DNA of 63,905 bases, counting the filler, from Reticulomyxa filosa (Eukaryota; Protista; Foraminifera): NCBI GenBank assembly GCA_000512085.1. It is 21 parts of 21 records of this genome, joined end to end, with 100 filler letters (N's around TTAATTAATTAA, not from the genome) between each part and the next. Parts side by side here need not be neighbours in the genome. Positions count along the whole stretch, not along the records: positions 10,885 to 22,424 come from ASPP01007152.1; positions 22,525 to 24,550 come from ASPP01007771.1; positions 24,651 to 25,687 come from ASPP01026202.1; 18 more parts are not named here. One strand, 5' to 3'. The notes beneath the pieces were generated by a model. It saw only the letters and a program-made list of their open reading frames with translations, did no database searches and was not told the origin of the DNA. A program made the translations under genes and the position numbers. Positions 13,140 through 25,681 of the stretch are shown here, piece by piece. Every line of letters begins with the position of its first letter. Positions within the stretch are counted from its first letter, which is position 1.

Positions 13140-13800
13140 GTTAAAACTTATCCAATTTTCAAGTGCTGCTTTTAATAGGTCTGTTTCGTTTTGTGGTTTT
13201 TTGTTTTTATTTTTATTTTTAGTTTTCGATCGTGTTGAGATCATGTGATTGTGATTGTTAATCTAATAATTAAATTTTTTTCACTTAAATGTATTTAAAG
13301 CATTATATTTGTGTTTTGATCGTTAACTTGTTGAAAGATATATCATTTGCTAATAGATAATATGTTGAAGCTTTAATCATTTTGCGAATTAATATTTGAA
13401 CTTACTTCAAATAAGTCACAGTTCTTTCGATTTTGTATATGCACAGCAAAATATCGAAAAACGTCCACATATCATTATTTGTAATACTTGATTGTATGTA
13501 ATATTCTTTATATAATATCTTTCTCATATGGCCTCCACACAAGTTTTTTCCAACTGAATTAAGTAATATAGCTTATTCACTATAAAATAAAAATATTCTC
13601 CATATTTCAATAGTACATTCTTTGTGTTCAATTGCCAATTGTAGTCTTTTTTGCTCATTATCTTCATTTACAAACTGTTTTGGTGCATATACATAACTTC
13701 GCAATCCTGTTTCGTGTATCCTCCGGCGTATAGTGTCATTGATATCAATTTGCATTTGAATAAAGTTTCACCTATCGTATTGGCAGAATCAAATTAGATA
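13140..13800 (-). mobile_element. Decayed Tc1/mariner (IS630-Tc1) transposase remnant
   Basis: In order on the minus strand: TIRRRIHETGLRS..KRLQLAIEH..W..FYSE (HTH and SDE region), LVWR, IMICGRFS (VMVWGCF-like), YIFQQVND (FQQDND-like) and LLD*QSQSHDLNTIEN (WPSQSPDLNPIEN-like), with stops and frameshifts. Confidence 0.85.
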
Positions 13801-15542
13801 TTTTTATATTCTGAAAATTAACATGTCTTACATATTAGTTGTTTCGTAATCTTCCACTTCCAACATTACGTTCTTTTAAGCGTTTTTATTTGTTGGAATA
13901 TGATTGTATATTAACATATTAATACGCTTATCACCAAAATGGCAATTACTATACTCTTTAATTTTATCAAGCGTTCAGATATAAGATGCTTACTCGTTGT
14001 TTAAAAAGGTGCTAAAAATCACTTAAACAAAAAGAAACAAACTTCAAAAAAATTGACAAAAAAATCTACAAACTTTAAAAAATTCAAACCGGTTTTTAAT
14101 AAAAGTGTAGAAAGCCATGAAGAATTCGTTCATGTTTTTTTTCATTTCCTCGTTTTTACAAAAATTAAACAATTTTCGAATTCTCCACGATCCATATATT
14201 ATTTTTAAAAAATTTGAATAAATACTGATTTTTCATGAATAAACACATGAATGTTCATAGTAGTTCATTTTATGTTGATCTTTTTTTAGATCGACTGCAT
14301 ATCGAAGTTTATATCAAACATTGCTTCACTAACGAATTGAACAATTGCGAAGAAAAAACGCAAAATAGACTTATCACGTGCTCAATTGTTGAAGTATCTA
14401 AAACAAAATAAATGATTATCTTGAAATATAATCCTTCAAATGACTTAATTGGAGCGACATTGTTGTAAAACCAAGACTATGTTAAATTGTTTTGAAATAA
14501 ACTCAAACTAAATTAATTAAATTGGTACACCGAAAAGGAATTCTTGCACTTATTCATGCAGTAAAAAAGGGAAAATTCATATTACTTCGTAAATTTATCG
14601 GATATACTTGTCACAAAAATTTTTATACATTATTAAATTGTCATTAAATCGTGAATAGTATCTGATAGATTTATATTTCAATCGAGCGAATTTTCAGTAA
14701 AGAAATCCAAATGCAAAAGCTTAAAAAAAAAAAAAAAGTAAAGAAATACATTTTCCCGAAATGAAAACTCCATTTCCTATTTATTATCTGAACACACAAA
14801 GACATTGGCAACCAATAGGTTATTATTTACTCTATCAAATCAATGTAGATAATATTATATAATAAAAATTCGTTCATTTTGAGTATGAATTGCATGATTA
14901 TTATAATGTTTGAAAAAGGAAAATTTATCAATTATCAAGACACTATAGTATGCACGCATATATAAAAATTATTTGCAAAGATATACATTACTACAAAAAT
15001 ATATATATCAATATCATTAGCAATAATTGACCTTTTCGCTGTTAATTGTCTGCAATTTACTTAAAATAAATAAGCGTATTGAAATAACGTCTAATAAACG
15101 TCCTCCTAAAATGTAAAAAATCAAAAACAATTTAAGGGTCTATTATTATGACTCAAGATTCTTCTTTTTGATTGGTCCAGAAATTGTAATTCATTAAATT
15201 TTTTTATTTAAAAATTCAACTGGTTATATTAATATTCACTGAAACATTCGTAATGCCTTAAAATTTTAATTCATTCAAAATGTATATATTTTCCAATTAG
15301 CAATTGTGAACATCTCGAGTTAATATGGCACCTTTTTATCTATAAAAAATTTCTCAGAGTAGTAGAAACGAATTGAAAATTACTTTATTTGCAGTTTCAT
15401 TCAATGAAGGGAAAAAACATTGAATTACAATAAAATTTTGCTATGGTAACTGATTGAACATGTCCAAAATTGCTTGAAAAGCAATAATAATAATGAAAAA
15501 AACACAACAACACAAAAAAAAGCATCAACATTTGAAACACAA

Positions 15543-17558
15543 CTACCAAAATAATCGAATGAGACTCTGTTCAGTGGGGACACCAACACGCAACATAAAA
15601 TTGGTCCACATTCCACGAGAGCCTTGGCCTCTGTGCACATATAATCGATTGTTTCCTTTTTTCCAGAGCCCATTGTCAGGATAGCCCGAAGCGAACAAGG
15701 AAAGTAATGTCATCGACAGGCCACAGGACAAGAATCCAACATGCCTCCTTTTATTTGCATATTTGTGGTTGTTTTTTTTTTTGCACAATACACATACTGA
15801 CTCTCCCTTGCCCTGGATCACTGTAATGTACATACCATGAGTGTGCCCAGAAAAAACTACCAAATTCTCGTCTCCAGTAAAGTAGTTGAACGCAGAAGGA
15901 TCGTGTAGTAATACTTTTTTTTTCAATTAATGTGACAAAAGAAGCAAAAAAAAAGAAGAAATTGCAAAGACAAAACCTATTCGTTTGGGATAGCAGTCAG
16001 ATGGTAACGGATTCTTTTCCAACAATTTGAGTATTCTTTGTCCACGTTCAGGATTTTTAAAAGACACGTAGTCAAACCCAATAATGTGAATCTTCTTGTC
16101 CTTGAGAGTATGCACACAACTTTCGTCACGAAGCAATCGAATGCCAACAGCTTGTAATTCACGCTCACAACGTTTTATTACTTCCATACTCTCCATGTCA
16201 TGATTTCCCAAACACGCGTAGCAGCGAGAGCTAATTTCTTCCAGTGGAGACAAGCCCTCTTGCAATAGTCCATCTTTGTTTGCTTCGCCAGTATAGTAAT
16301 CCCCCGTCAACAGCACCAAGTCGGGGTCATGTGCCACAATTTCTCGGCACATTTGCTTTAGTCGCGCGACACTGCACAATGGACCTTATTGTTATTTTTT
16401 TTTTTTAACAAACCATTTACAAAAAAAAAAAATATGCGTTTCTGCTAATATTTGGAAAAAACAAAAGTATACGTAATCAAATTTTTGGGACCAAATAAAA
16501 AAAAAAAGGGGGGGTGTAATTCTTTTATATATGTATACAACTTACCAATGTGTGGGTCAGTGATCTGACAGATTTTCAAACAAAAGCCATTGTGAGTGGA
16601 ACTTGTTGTCTTGGGAGTCAATTTTTTTGATGGTCCACAAAGGACTGGCCGCATCGGATTGCGAAGGAGCGGTTCTGCTGATGCTCCACTCTTTGAAGTT
16701 CCTGCGGTCGATGCGACTGAGAGAGGAAGAAGACAAAGACAAAGAAGGAGACGAGGACAAATTGTGCACAGCAGTGACATTAGCCTTAGAAGCGTCTTGA
16801 TTGATTACCACAGGGTCAGCCGAGTGATGAATATCAACATACGTCCATGACGTGAACAGCGAGTTGAATAAGCCGCTTACGCTCAATACGCACATAGAAA
16901 GATACAAATAAAAGGGTAACAACTGCAGAAATGCCCAGGTCGAAGACGAGGAGGGGGACAGAAAATTCCAGGAAATGTAAGCAAGAATTGGAAAGATGGG
17001 CAAGACGGACAGACTCAGGACACAGCTTGTAAAGTGAATAGAACTTGGCCAACTCACCATCACACGGTACCACAATGATCTCTTGCCTGGGATACTTGCG
17101 TAACACATGTCGATAAATACACACAGGTTCAAATATGCAAAAAAGCACATCACCAATATGTATAGCACATTTGGAATGTTCCTTGTTGTAAAAGACAGAC
17201 ACGTCGGGTTTGTGCTCGAACCAGATGACCCCGTTGGGACTGAAAGCAAGTGAGGATAAGAATGTTCTGACCCACACAATCCATCTATCACACTACTATG
17301 AATCATTGATTCCAACAACACAAAGGAGAGAAAATTCTGACGCATCCATGTGTCTTGCTTGCCTTGTCCACCCGGTCCTCCGTGTAAGCCTTTGTGGAAT
17401 TGTTGCACTATCAACGAACCGCCTGCCCCAACCACTAACGTCGGAACAAAAATCGTTACAAGAATCCAGTAATGTATTAACCCGAAGAACAGGCCGAACG
17501 AAAGCACAAATAATACAATGAACGAATTGCGAACCAAAGCAAAGTTCACTTCAGCCAT
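15543..17558 (-). CDS. Membrane-bound calcineurin-like metallophosphoesterase (TMPPE/YkuE-like), multi-exon
   Basis: N-terminal transmembrane helices, then QITDPHIG, LLTGDY, CLGNHD, LLHDP, FSGHTHG and LYVHRGQG. One apparent frameshift lies at the A-run near 16622-16628. Confidence 0.88.
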
Positions 17559-17849
17559 CGTGCCAATCCAATTGGAGAAAAAAAGAAAGGAAAAAAAGAA
17601 AAAACTTTTTTTTTTTGCCTCAACAAGAGACCTGTTCTAGTTAATATAAGCGTTTTCAAGACTTGGGTCTTTGGTGTCACTTTGTTTCAGAGAAAGTAAA
17701 AGTAGTATGAAATTTTGTTTTTGATTTTTTTAAAAAATAGAGCTCAGCTTGTTGAATCAATCTTATTAAAAGAAAGGAGAACTGAATCAACAACAATAAC
17801 AGCATAAAAGGGTTGCGATTCATTAACGAGTGTCATGACAAGGACACTC

Positions 17850-18635
17850 TTAAGACAACACCTCGCGATTTATAACTGGCGGGGATGTGTACTTTTTGAT
17901 TTCAAGCAAATCCTTATTTACTACAGTGTCATTATCGTCATTTTTCAAAAGTAATAAAGCGGGACTCTCTCGCTCCAAAGTGGCACCATCAACGGAATAT
18001 TTATATCGATGGACGTTAAACGCATGGAAGATTACTTTCTGTTGTGTCGACGAGTTCTTGCCCGACATCTTATGTTTGGCCAAATTCAAGTACTCAGTTT
18101 TCAAGACGGGACCTCCACCAAAACACAAAACATGCTTGGAGTTTGTGCACGTCATGCCAAAAGTACCCAACTCATGCCATTCCTGGCAATTGGTGAGCAC
18201 ACACCAAATTTTGACATTGTCTCTCCTCGACTCGCGTGGATTGCTGATGAAGGTAACGTCCCTCCAATCCCTCTCGAACCTAATGCAGTCCTCGTTTTTC
18301 AAAAACGCAAGCAACTGTATACTGCGGACTTGTGACGGGAAGGACGTGCACACGCGCGTGTATAAAAGGGGCAGCAGCGCGGTAAATGATCGATTTGCAA
18401 ACGCATCGCCGTCAAATGCAAAAAACACTGAAAACGTCTTCAGCTTTTCATTTGCATTTTGTCGCGCAGATATTTCATCTTTCACGATTTTATCGACAAT
18501 TTTCAACACCGTTGTGACGTGCTCTTCGATGTCTTTTTCTTCATAGTGAATGCCATGACCAAAGCCTTTCACATGGATCGTTATTGCGTCTGCGGCATTA
18601 AACAAAGTTTCCGAGTATTCTTTCATGAATTTCAC
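17850..18635 (-). CDS. Intronless hypothetical alpha/beta protein (261 aa), possibly SLOG-like
   Basis: Clean ATG-to-TAA ORF with motifs IHVKGFG, FAFDGD and VLCFGGGPVLKTEY. Confidence 0.65.
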   Translation of the reverse strand: MKFMKEYSETLFNAADAITIHVKGFGHGIHYEEKDIEEHVTTVLKIVDKIVKDEISARQNANEKLKTFSVFFAFDGDAFANRSFTALLPLLYTRVCTSFPSQVRSIQLLAFLKNEDCIRFERDWRDVTFISNPRESRRDNVKIWCVLTNCQEWHELGTFGMTCTNSKHVLCFGGGPVLKTEYLNLAKHKMSGKNSSTQQKVIFHAFNVHRYKYSVDGATLERESPALLLLKNDDNDTVVNKDLLEIKKYTSPPVINREVLS

Positions 18636-18711
18636 TTCGTTCTTTTTACATTATTATTATTACTATCAATTATTGTCAGTGGCAATAACAACACATACAA
18701 ATAAATAAAGT

Positions 18712-21522
18712 CTAAACTAAATGCACAGATTTTAGCCAAATGATTCCCACGTGTGGAGGTTGGATTCCATTGGGATCGACGTAGTGTTCGCATTCTCCCA
18801 ATTCCACCAAAAATGTCCCCCCGTTTGTCTTGAGAATATCGACGTTGGTGATTCGACCGCTGATGAGTAGCTCCTTTTTGGCGCATTGATTGACCACGGC
18901 CAAATCATGCTCGTTGTAATAGTGGAGATCGTCGACGTGGTCGTCCTTCATGTAAGCGTACACGTTGTCGCCAACTTTGAAGTCGATGGCTGTCATTTCC
19001 GGGTCGATGCAGTGTCTCTGACGTTCGGAGTCTTCTTCTTTCTTCAAATGATGAGTGAAGAGAAAGGGATAGGATTTGAAGTGCTGCACGATCACGTGAT
19101 CATTGTTTAGTTCGGCCACCCGGTTGATCTGCCACGACACCACGTGCGAGTCTTTATGTTTGTCATCATCGGTGGGTCGTAGGATCGGACCCTCGATCAC
19201 AATCTTCTCAGACGCCTTCATGGTATCCAATGGCCATAAGGGGTGGTAGTTCACATATTCCACGTACATGCCTCCCGTGCACGCATACAAATCCACGCAT
19301 TCCTGCAATCGATCGGCCTTGGCGTGAGGATGTTGGCACACCAATGGCGAGTGTAACACGTAGCTACCGCTAATCGCCGTTTGCTCGTTGCAGTTGATCT
19401 TGTACACGGTTGCAGTGGACTGAAGCGGGAGGATGAACATGTTATCGATAACACGGCATTTAGACAGCAATAGCGAGTCATCATTGCCATTCTGCTTTTC
19501 TTTTTCTTTGTCTTTGTCTTTGCCTTTGTCTTTGTCGTGTTTGTTGTTTTCGCCATCACTGGTGTCATCGTTCGAGCGCTTCGGCTTGGGCTTCAGAGAC
19601 GAGACCAACTCTTGTGTCCATTTGTCGAGATGTGCTGTGTGCTTCACCAATGTCGGGTCTTTCAATTTATCCAAACGGTATTGCACAAGTGACGATATCC
19701 CGGATATCGCCACGCCATAAGGATACAGCGACAGCAAATACTCCAACAAATCGAATGGCACATCCGCAGTGTTGCTTGTTTCACGTTTTTTTTCTTCCTC
19801 GGTATCCGTTCTGGTCTAATGTAATAATAAAAAAAATAAAAAAGAGTCTTTCTCTCTTCCCCCCTCCGTCAAGTACTGAGTACAGTTCCAAAACTTGTAG
19901 AGACAAGCGACTCATTGCTTCTACTAACGAACTGTTTTCACCGTGCAAAGTCTTAAACAAAGGAGTGGATTTCAAAATTGGGAAGTGTTGACATTGGATC
20001 GCCAGTAATTGGGTCATCATTTCCGCAAATGGGTCCTTTTTTTTCGCTTGGGTTTGGTTTTTCCGTTTTGCATACTTTTTTTTCTGTTCTTCTTCTTCTT
20101 TCTCGTGTGCCTTCAACAGGGCCTTCCAACTTTTAAATGATTGTGCATCTTTAATACTTTTCATAAAGGCTTCTTCCTCAAACTTTTTTTTTTGAATTTA
20201 AAAAAAAACAAACAATATATTAACAACAATAATATAGGAATGAAGTAACATCAAAACAAATTTTTTTTTTTTTTTAATACAGATTGATGCAACAGAGCAT
20301 AGGTCAAACAACAAGCTGCCTTTGGCATTGTTTGCAAGTTGTAACCGCCTTCCAATAATGCCACAATGCCAGGAGCAACCCCATCTTTCCATTTGACGTG
20401 ATTGTACAGGTAATCAATAAACTTACCATACATTGGCGGCGTCACGTTCATTCCCCCCAAAGGATCGCCAATGCATGCGTCAAATCCGCTCGATATCAGT
20501 ATCATCTCCGGCTTAAATGACTCCAGGATTGGACATATCACAGCTTCAAAACATTGCGTGTATTCCTTATCGCCCATTCCCCTCCACAAAGGCATGTTCA
20601 CAACATTGCGAGCTCCGCCCGTCTCTTTCACAAATCCACTTTGTGGATAAAACGAACCATTGTCGCCGCGATGAATTGATATGTACAATACGTCTCCGTT
20701 GTTCCAAAACAAGTTTTGGGTTCCATTGCCGTGATGAACATCCCTTTTTTTGTTATTGTTATTATTATCATTAGGGTGATGATGTTATTGATTTTTGATT
20801 GGTTGACCGTTTTACACTTTATTTTTTTTTTTTTTTTTACAAACCAATCAATAATTGCAAATCTCTGGTATTTGTTGGAACTTTTGTATTTATGTCTGAT
20901 CGTATTGATCGCGACCACCACATTGCTGAATAAGCAAAAACCCATTGTCCTGTGCTTTTCGCAGTGATGTCCTGGCGGTCTCACCACCGCAAAACCACTA
21001 TCCAATTCTTTTCTTATTACCTTTTCCATCAGGTCGATGATCGATCCGACCGCCAGTAACGCTTTTTCCATGTGTTTTTGTTTGTTTGTTTTCCTCTCTC
21101 TAACTACAAACGACCAAAGGAGAGGGGGTTTGATTACAAAGTCTTTTTCTTGACATATAAGATAGAGTTGAAATCCTTTCTCGAATACACATACCAGCTT
21201 CTGCTGAATCTTTGCAAAAGTACGTATCTGAATCCATGTAAGAGTAATCATCCATGGACGCGCTCAAATCTTTGTGCCCATTCAATACTTTGGTAATATG
21301 AGACTCTTCATGGGTTAACAACAGTTGCTCTTCTGTCGCTAACGGGATATCTTTCCCTGTTACTTGGACGCACTGCTCAAGTAGTCCTTGTTTTTTCAAC
21401 TCTTCTATAATCTTCTCCACTCTCGCTGGAGATTCTGGATGACTTTTTGGGCCAATATGCAAGAGACATTTTTCATGATACGCAAGCCCAACGTTTCTCT
21501 TTTTACTCTCTGATCCTTTCAT
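18712..21522 (-). CDS. Class II histone deacetylase (HDAC6/10/HDA1-like) with long C-terminal extension, multi-exon
   Basis: Motifs HPESPARV, VRPPGHH, GFCLFSNV, IIDW|DVHHGNG, YISIHR, SSGFDACIGDPLG and LEGGYNL. In-frame GT-AG splicing joins it to ORFs 19781-20164 and 18712-19761. Confidence 0.85.
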
Positions 21523-21886
21523 TTATTCAGGTAGTTTTTTTGTGCCAGTGTGTCTCTTTTTCCCTTTGTACATATTTTTTTACGGTAGGCCAAAAAAAAA
21601 GATATGTACTGGATCAAAAGAAATGCAACATATGTTAGAAGTGTCAATTTTAGTGTTATTGTTATCATTCTCATGAGGTACATTTATCAGGAACTGATTT
21701 GGTAACACCGAAAATAATCAAAAGTTATCATCGATTGTTGAATAGAGGTAATTTGACATTAAATGAAAAGTACGTAAGCAATGATGTCTTCTTTAATGAC
21801 AATAATAATAAAAAAAGCTGTAATCCCATCTTTTTTTTGTTTCATAACATTGAAAATACAGACAAATGTATATTGGAATAAGTGGA

Positions 21887-22350
21887 TCATTTTTCTTTGT
21901 TATCAACAATGATTCCAACAACATCCATATCTTCTTTATGGCCAATGATGAACTTTTGTTTGTCGTGTTTGTCAATCTTCAAATCCATTTTGTTAGTGAC
22001 CATGAAGTCTTGTTTCAATGTCGAAGAAGACAAAACGGCCTGTTGTTTGTCAGATGAAAGAGAAGAAGAAGAGGTCGAGGTATCGGATGGGATCAAGGAT
22101 TGTTCGGCATAGCTTTGAGCATAAAGGGGATCAGCCATAAGAAGTTGGTTGATAACGTGCGCTGTTTGTTGTTGTCGTTCGATTCGTTTTTGTTCCCGCA
22201 ACGACTTCAGAGCTCTTCTTTCTTCCGGCGTCAAGTTATTCATCGCACGGCCATCCTTGCTATCGCCATGCAGCCAATAGAAGGGATTCTGTTTGAGATT
22301 GCCCGCTTTTTTTTTGGCCCCTAGGCTATCAGGAGTATAATCACTGTGTT
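21887..22350 (-). CDS. Last exon of a hypothetical protein
   Basis: Open frame with a charged helical segment, following a (TA/CA)n intron at the contig end. Confidence 0.45.
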
Positions 22351-22542
22351 GTATTATTGAGAATAGGATATCACACACATACACATACACATGCAATATG
22401 TACATGTATACGTATATATGTACANNNNNNNNNNNNNNNNNNNNNNNNNNNNNNNNNNNNNNNNNNNNTTAATTAATTAANNNNNNNNNNNNNNNNNNNN
22501 NNNNNNNNNNNNNNNNNNNNNNNNAAAAAAAAAAAAAAAAAC

Positions 22543-24500
22543 TGAATCAACAAAGGATCATCCGTAGATAAGGCCACATTTAAACCCCGTTTGAAGAAAT
22601 TGGGAAAAGGGTTTTTACTGTATTCGCAGACCAAGATGTTATTGGACAATGGCGACACAGAAATGCCGACTTGATCCAGGTAATACAAGTACTGCAAAAC
22701 GGGCGATCTTTTCAACAGAATGCCGTGGTTGATGGAGTTTGCTTTGATAGCAACAAACAAACAAACAAACAAACAAACGAACGAATGATAGATATAACAA
22801 TTACAAAAAAAAAAAAAAAAAAGAATGAGTGATAACAATACCCAAAAGGTACGAAGAGGCCAGATGGTCCACATTGCCAGCCTCGCCACTGTGAGGACGG
22901 AAGGCAAAGGTGTTGAGTCCACGCTCTTCCCTCAGCTTGTTCAACTTGACGACATTCGCCCACATGTAATACTGGTACATGCTGTTGGTGGTTTGACAGC
23001 CTACGGTGTCATGTTGTGCTGCTTACAAAACAACAAAGTGGTACGTAACATATAAGGGGGGTTGGACTCGCTGGTCCACTCATCGGGATCAGAGTGTTTT
23101 CCTATCCGTGAATCTGTCGTCGATTCGTCATCAACACTATCAAAGCCTACCACGGTTTGCAAAAATGCGTGCAGCTGTTTCCATGTCAAATCAAACATAG
23201 AAAGATATATACATATATATATATATATATATATGTATATAAATTCTTCACTAAACTGTTGGAGATGAACTTGGATCAATGGTGACTTGAAACAAAGGCA
23301 GGAAAATATTCTTCAACATGTCACCAAAGGATCGCAACAACCCACGACTTCGATAGATATGATACAACCGTGGAATTTGGATAACCCATCGCACGTGGTC
23401 CGATTGCAAGTTGTAATTGCAGATCCAATCGGCCAACACTCTCCACTCGTCCGCCTTCGTGCCGTAGATCGACAGTCGACTCTCGATTTTGGTATACTTC
23501 CCCCATTCCAAATCCGCAAACACTTCTTGCGTCAATTCCGCAAAGTAGCGTCCTTTCATGTAATTATCCACTTTCAAAAAGATGTTGCGAAACTCGGATA
23601 TCCCAATTGGGTTGTATTTCAGATTGAACTTGTCAAACCTTTCGAATGTTCCACGTTCCGCATGTCTTTTTTTTTTTTTTTTTTTTTTTTGTTATTTCAT
23701 TCAAAAACAAATCAAGTCTTGTTCACACCTCCTTTTTTTTTTGGTTCAACTTAACACGTCCAATAAAGTGAGGGATAGCTCATCAGGACCGATCCCAATT
23801 TTGTCAAACGCATCTCGTAAACGATGCTCTGTGCCATCTTTATCCTTCTCCACTATTACATTGGGTTCTTTTTTCAGCTTTGATCTCATAAATGCCAGCA
23901 AATGTTTCTTTTTTTTAAAAAAAAAAAAAAAAAAAAAGATATATACACATTATGTATATCGACAAATGTGCATGTTTGAAAAGTTTACCAAAGGGGAAGA
24001 TACCTGATGCATGCACGCAGAATGATGAATATGATTATCCACTTTTCGGATATTATAAAAGTCTCGATATGGCACTTGTCGACACTCCTTCAACTCTACC
24101 TCGTCGTTTAACAATAAATGCAAGTCAAATCGAGCTTCAAGCATTTGCAAACGTCTATAACCTGCGATATGCATTACGTATATTATAAAATGTATTAAAC
24201 AGTTGTTTTTTTTTTTTTTAAAAAAAAAGGAGGGGGGGGGGGGGGGAGAGAGCATACGTATACACAAATATATATAAATTAAACATACACAGAGTTTTGG
24301 CAGGACCGAACATGGTCAACGCCAGTACTTTCTTCAAATCTTTTAAAAACTCAATACAGCTGGGGATCTGTTCATACATTGGTTCGACCTCTTGCGTGGT
24401 CGTATTCACGACATGTGCTGTACCGTGTTCAAAGACCACGGCGAGTTCATTCGAAATCTGAGGAGGGACCTCTTCATCGATCCTTGTTAACTTCACATTG
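22543..24500 (-). CDS. AMPD: AMP deaminase, partial, multi-exon
   Basis: Motifs [65 protein letters not shown] and VALSTDDPL. Confidence 0.95.
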
Positions 24501-24512
24501 CAAGGCAAAAGA

Positions 24513-24550
<38 letters not shown>

Positions 24551-24650
24551 NNNNNNNNNNNNNNNNNNNNNNNNNNNNNNNNNNNNNNNNNNNNTTAATT
24601 AATTAANNNNNNNNNNNNNNNNNNNNNNNNNNNNNNNNNNNNNNNNNNNN

Positions 24651-24689
<39 letters not shown>

Positions 24690-24742
24690 GTGTATTAAAA
24701 AAATAAATTATATAAATATACAAATAAATAAGAATTACAAAA

Positions 24743-25598
24743 CCAGCATAAGAATGGCTGGCCCGTTTTTCGGACGGAGCAGGACTGACCTCCAACGCGA
24801 GAGTGGTGGTGCTCTCAGGAATTTCAGGCATGGATTGAACGTGAGTGATTTGTGGGATGCGATTGACCCCGTGGTCGTCGTGGTCAGACTCGGCTTGCGC
24901 ATCGTCGATGGGCGAATCTTCTTCGATCCTTGAAAACTTGGGCTTCGAAAACGTTTGTGCTTGTTCCAGTTCCACAATCTGCGCCTTCAATTGCGCGTTC
25001 TCAGACTCCAATTCGACGATCTTGCGCTCCAATTGCGCTCGGGTCAATCGGTCGTTCACTTTCGCCTTGTTCTTCACCTTCTTCGCCGTTTCTGCAAATC
25101 GAAGAGTTCGAATGGTCTCCGGCTTATTTCATTATTATTATTATTTTTTTTTTTTTTTTGTGATTGTATATTTATTCCATACACTTATACAAAATACAAT
25201 TACTAAAAAAACAGATTAAGTAACTCGATTTCGAATATGCGGAGAAGCATTGACGACCATTGTGGTCTTGGAATTGCCTCCCAACGAGTCTATCGATATA
25301 TGTATGCGTATGTAACTATGTATGTACATACGTCGTATATACATAAATATATAAATGTATATGTATATGTATATAACCTTGTAAGATGTGAGTGAGTGCG
25401 GAAGAACGGAAGGAAGGTCTTTGTCCTCTGGATAACATGGAAATGGCGGTGGTCAAAGCAGACAGAGAGCTATTGATTGCAATGGCTTCTTTCAATCGTT
25501 CTGGGTCTGGATTTGGACCCAATGCTTTTGTTACATCTTCACTTCCTGCCAAATCGCCAAAGTTTAATCTTGATGTTCTCACTGACGCATCCACCATC
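24743..25598 (-). CDS. Kinesin, C-terminal half of motor domain plus neck coiled coil, partial
   Basis: SRLNFGDLAGSE, INSSLSAL, PSFRSSALTHILQ|DSLGGNSKT and ETIRTLRFAETAKKVKNKAKVN, followed by a coiled coil. Confidence 0.95.
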
Positions 25599-25649
25599 TT
25601 GTCATACATTGCACACATGTACATACCACATACACATTTATATATATGC

Positions 25650-25681
<32 letters not shown>

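Noticed and set aside
16615-16630. Programmed frameshifts at A/T runs (metallophosphoesterase, CaaX protein, FAB1)
   Set aside because: All fall in homopolymers in an assembly that repeatedly breaks at homopolymers, so sequencing indels are the simpler explanation.
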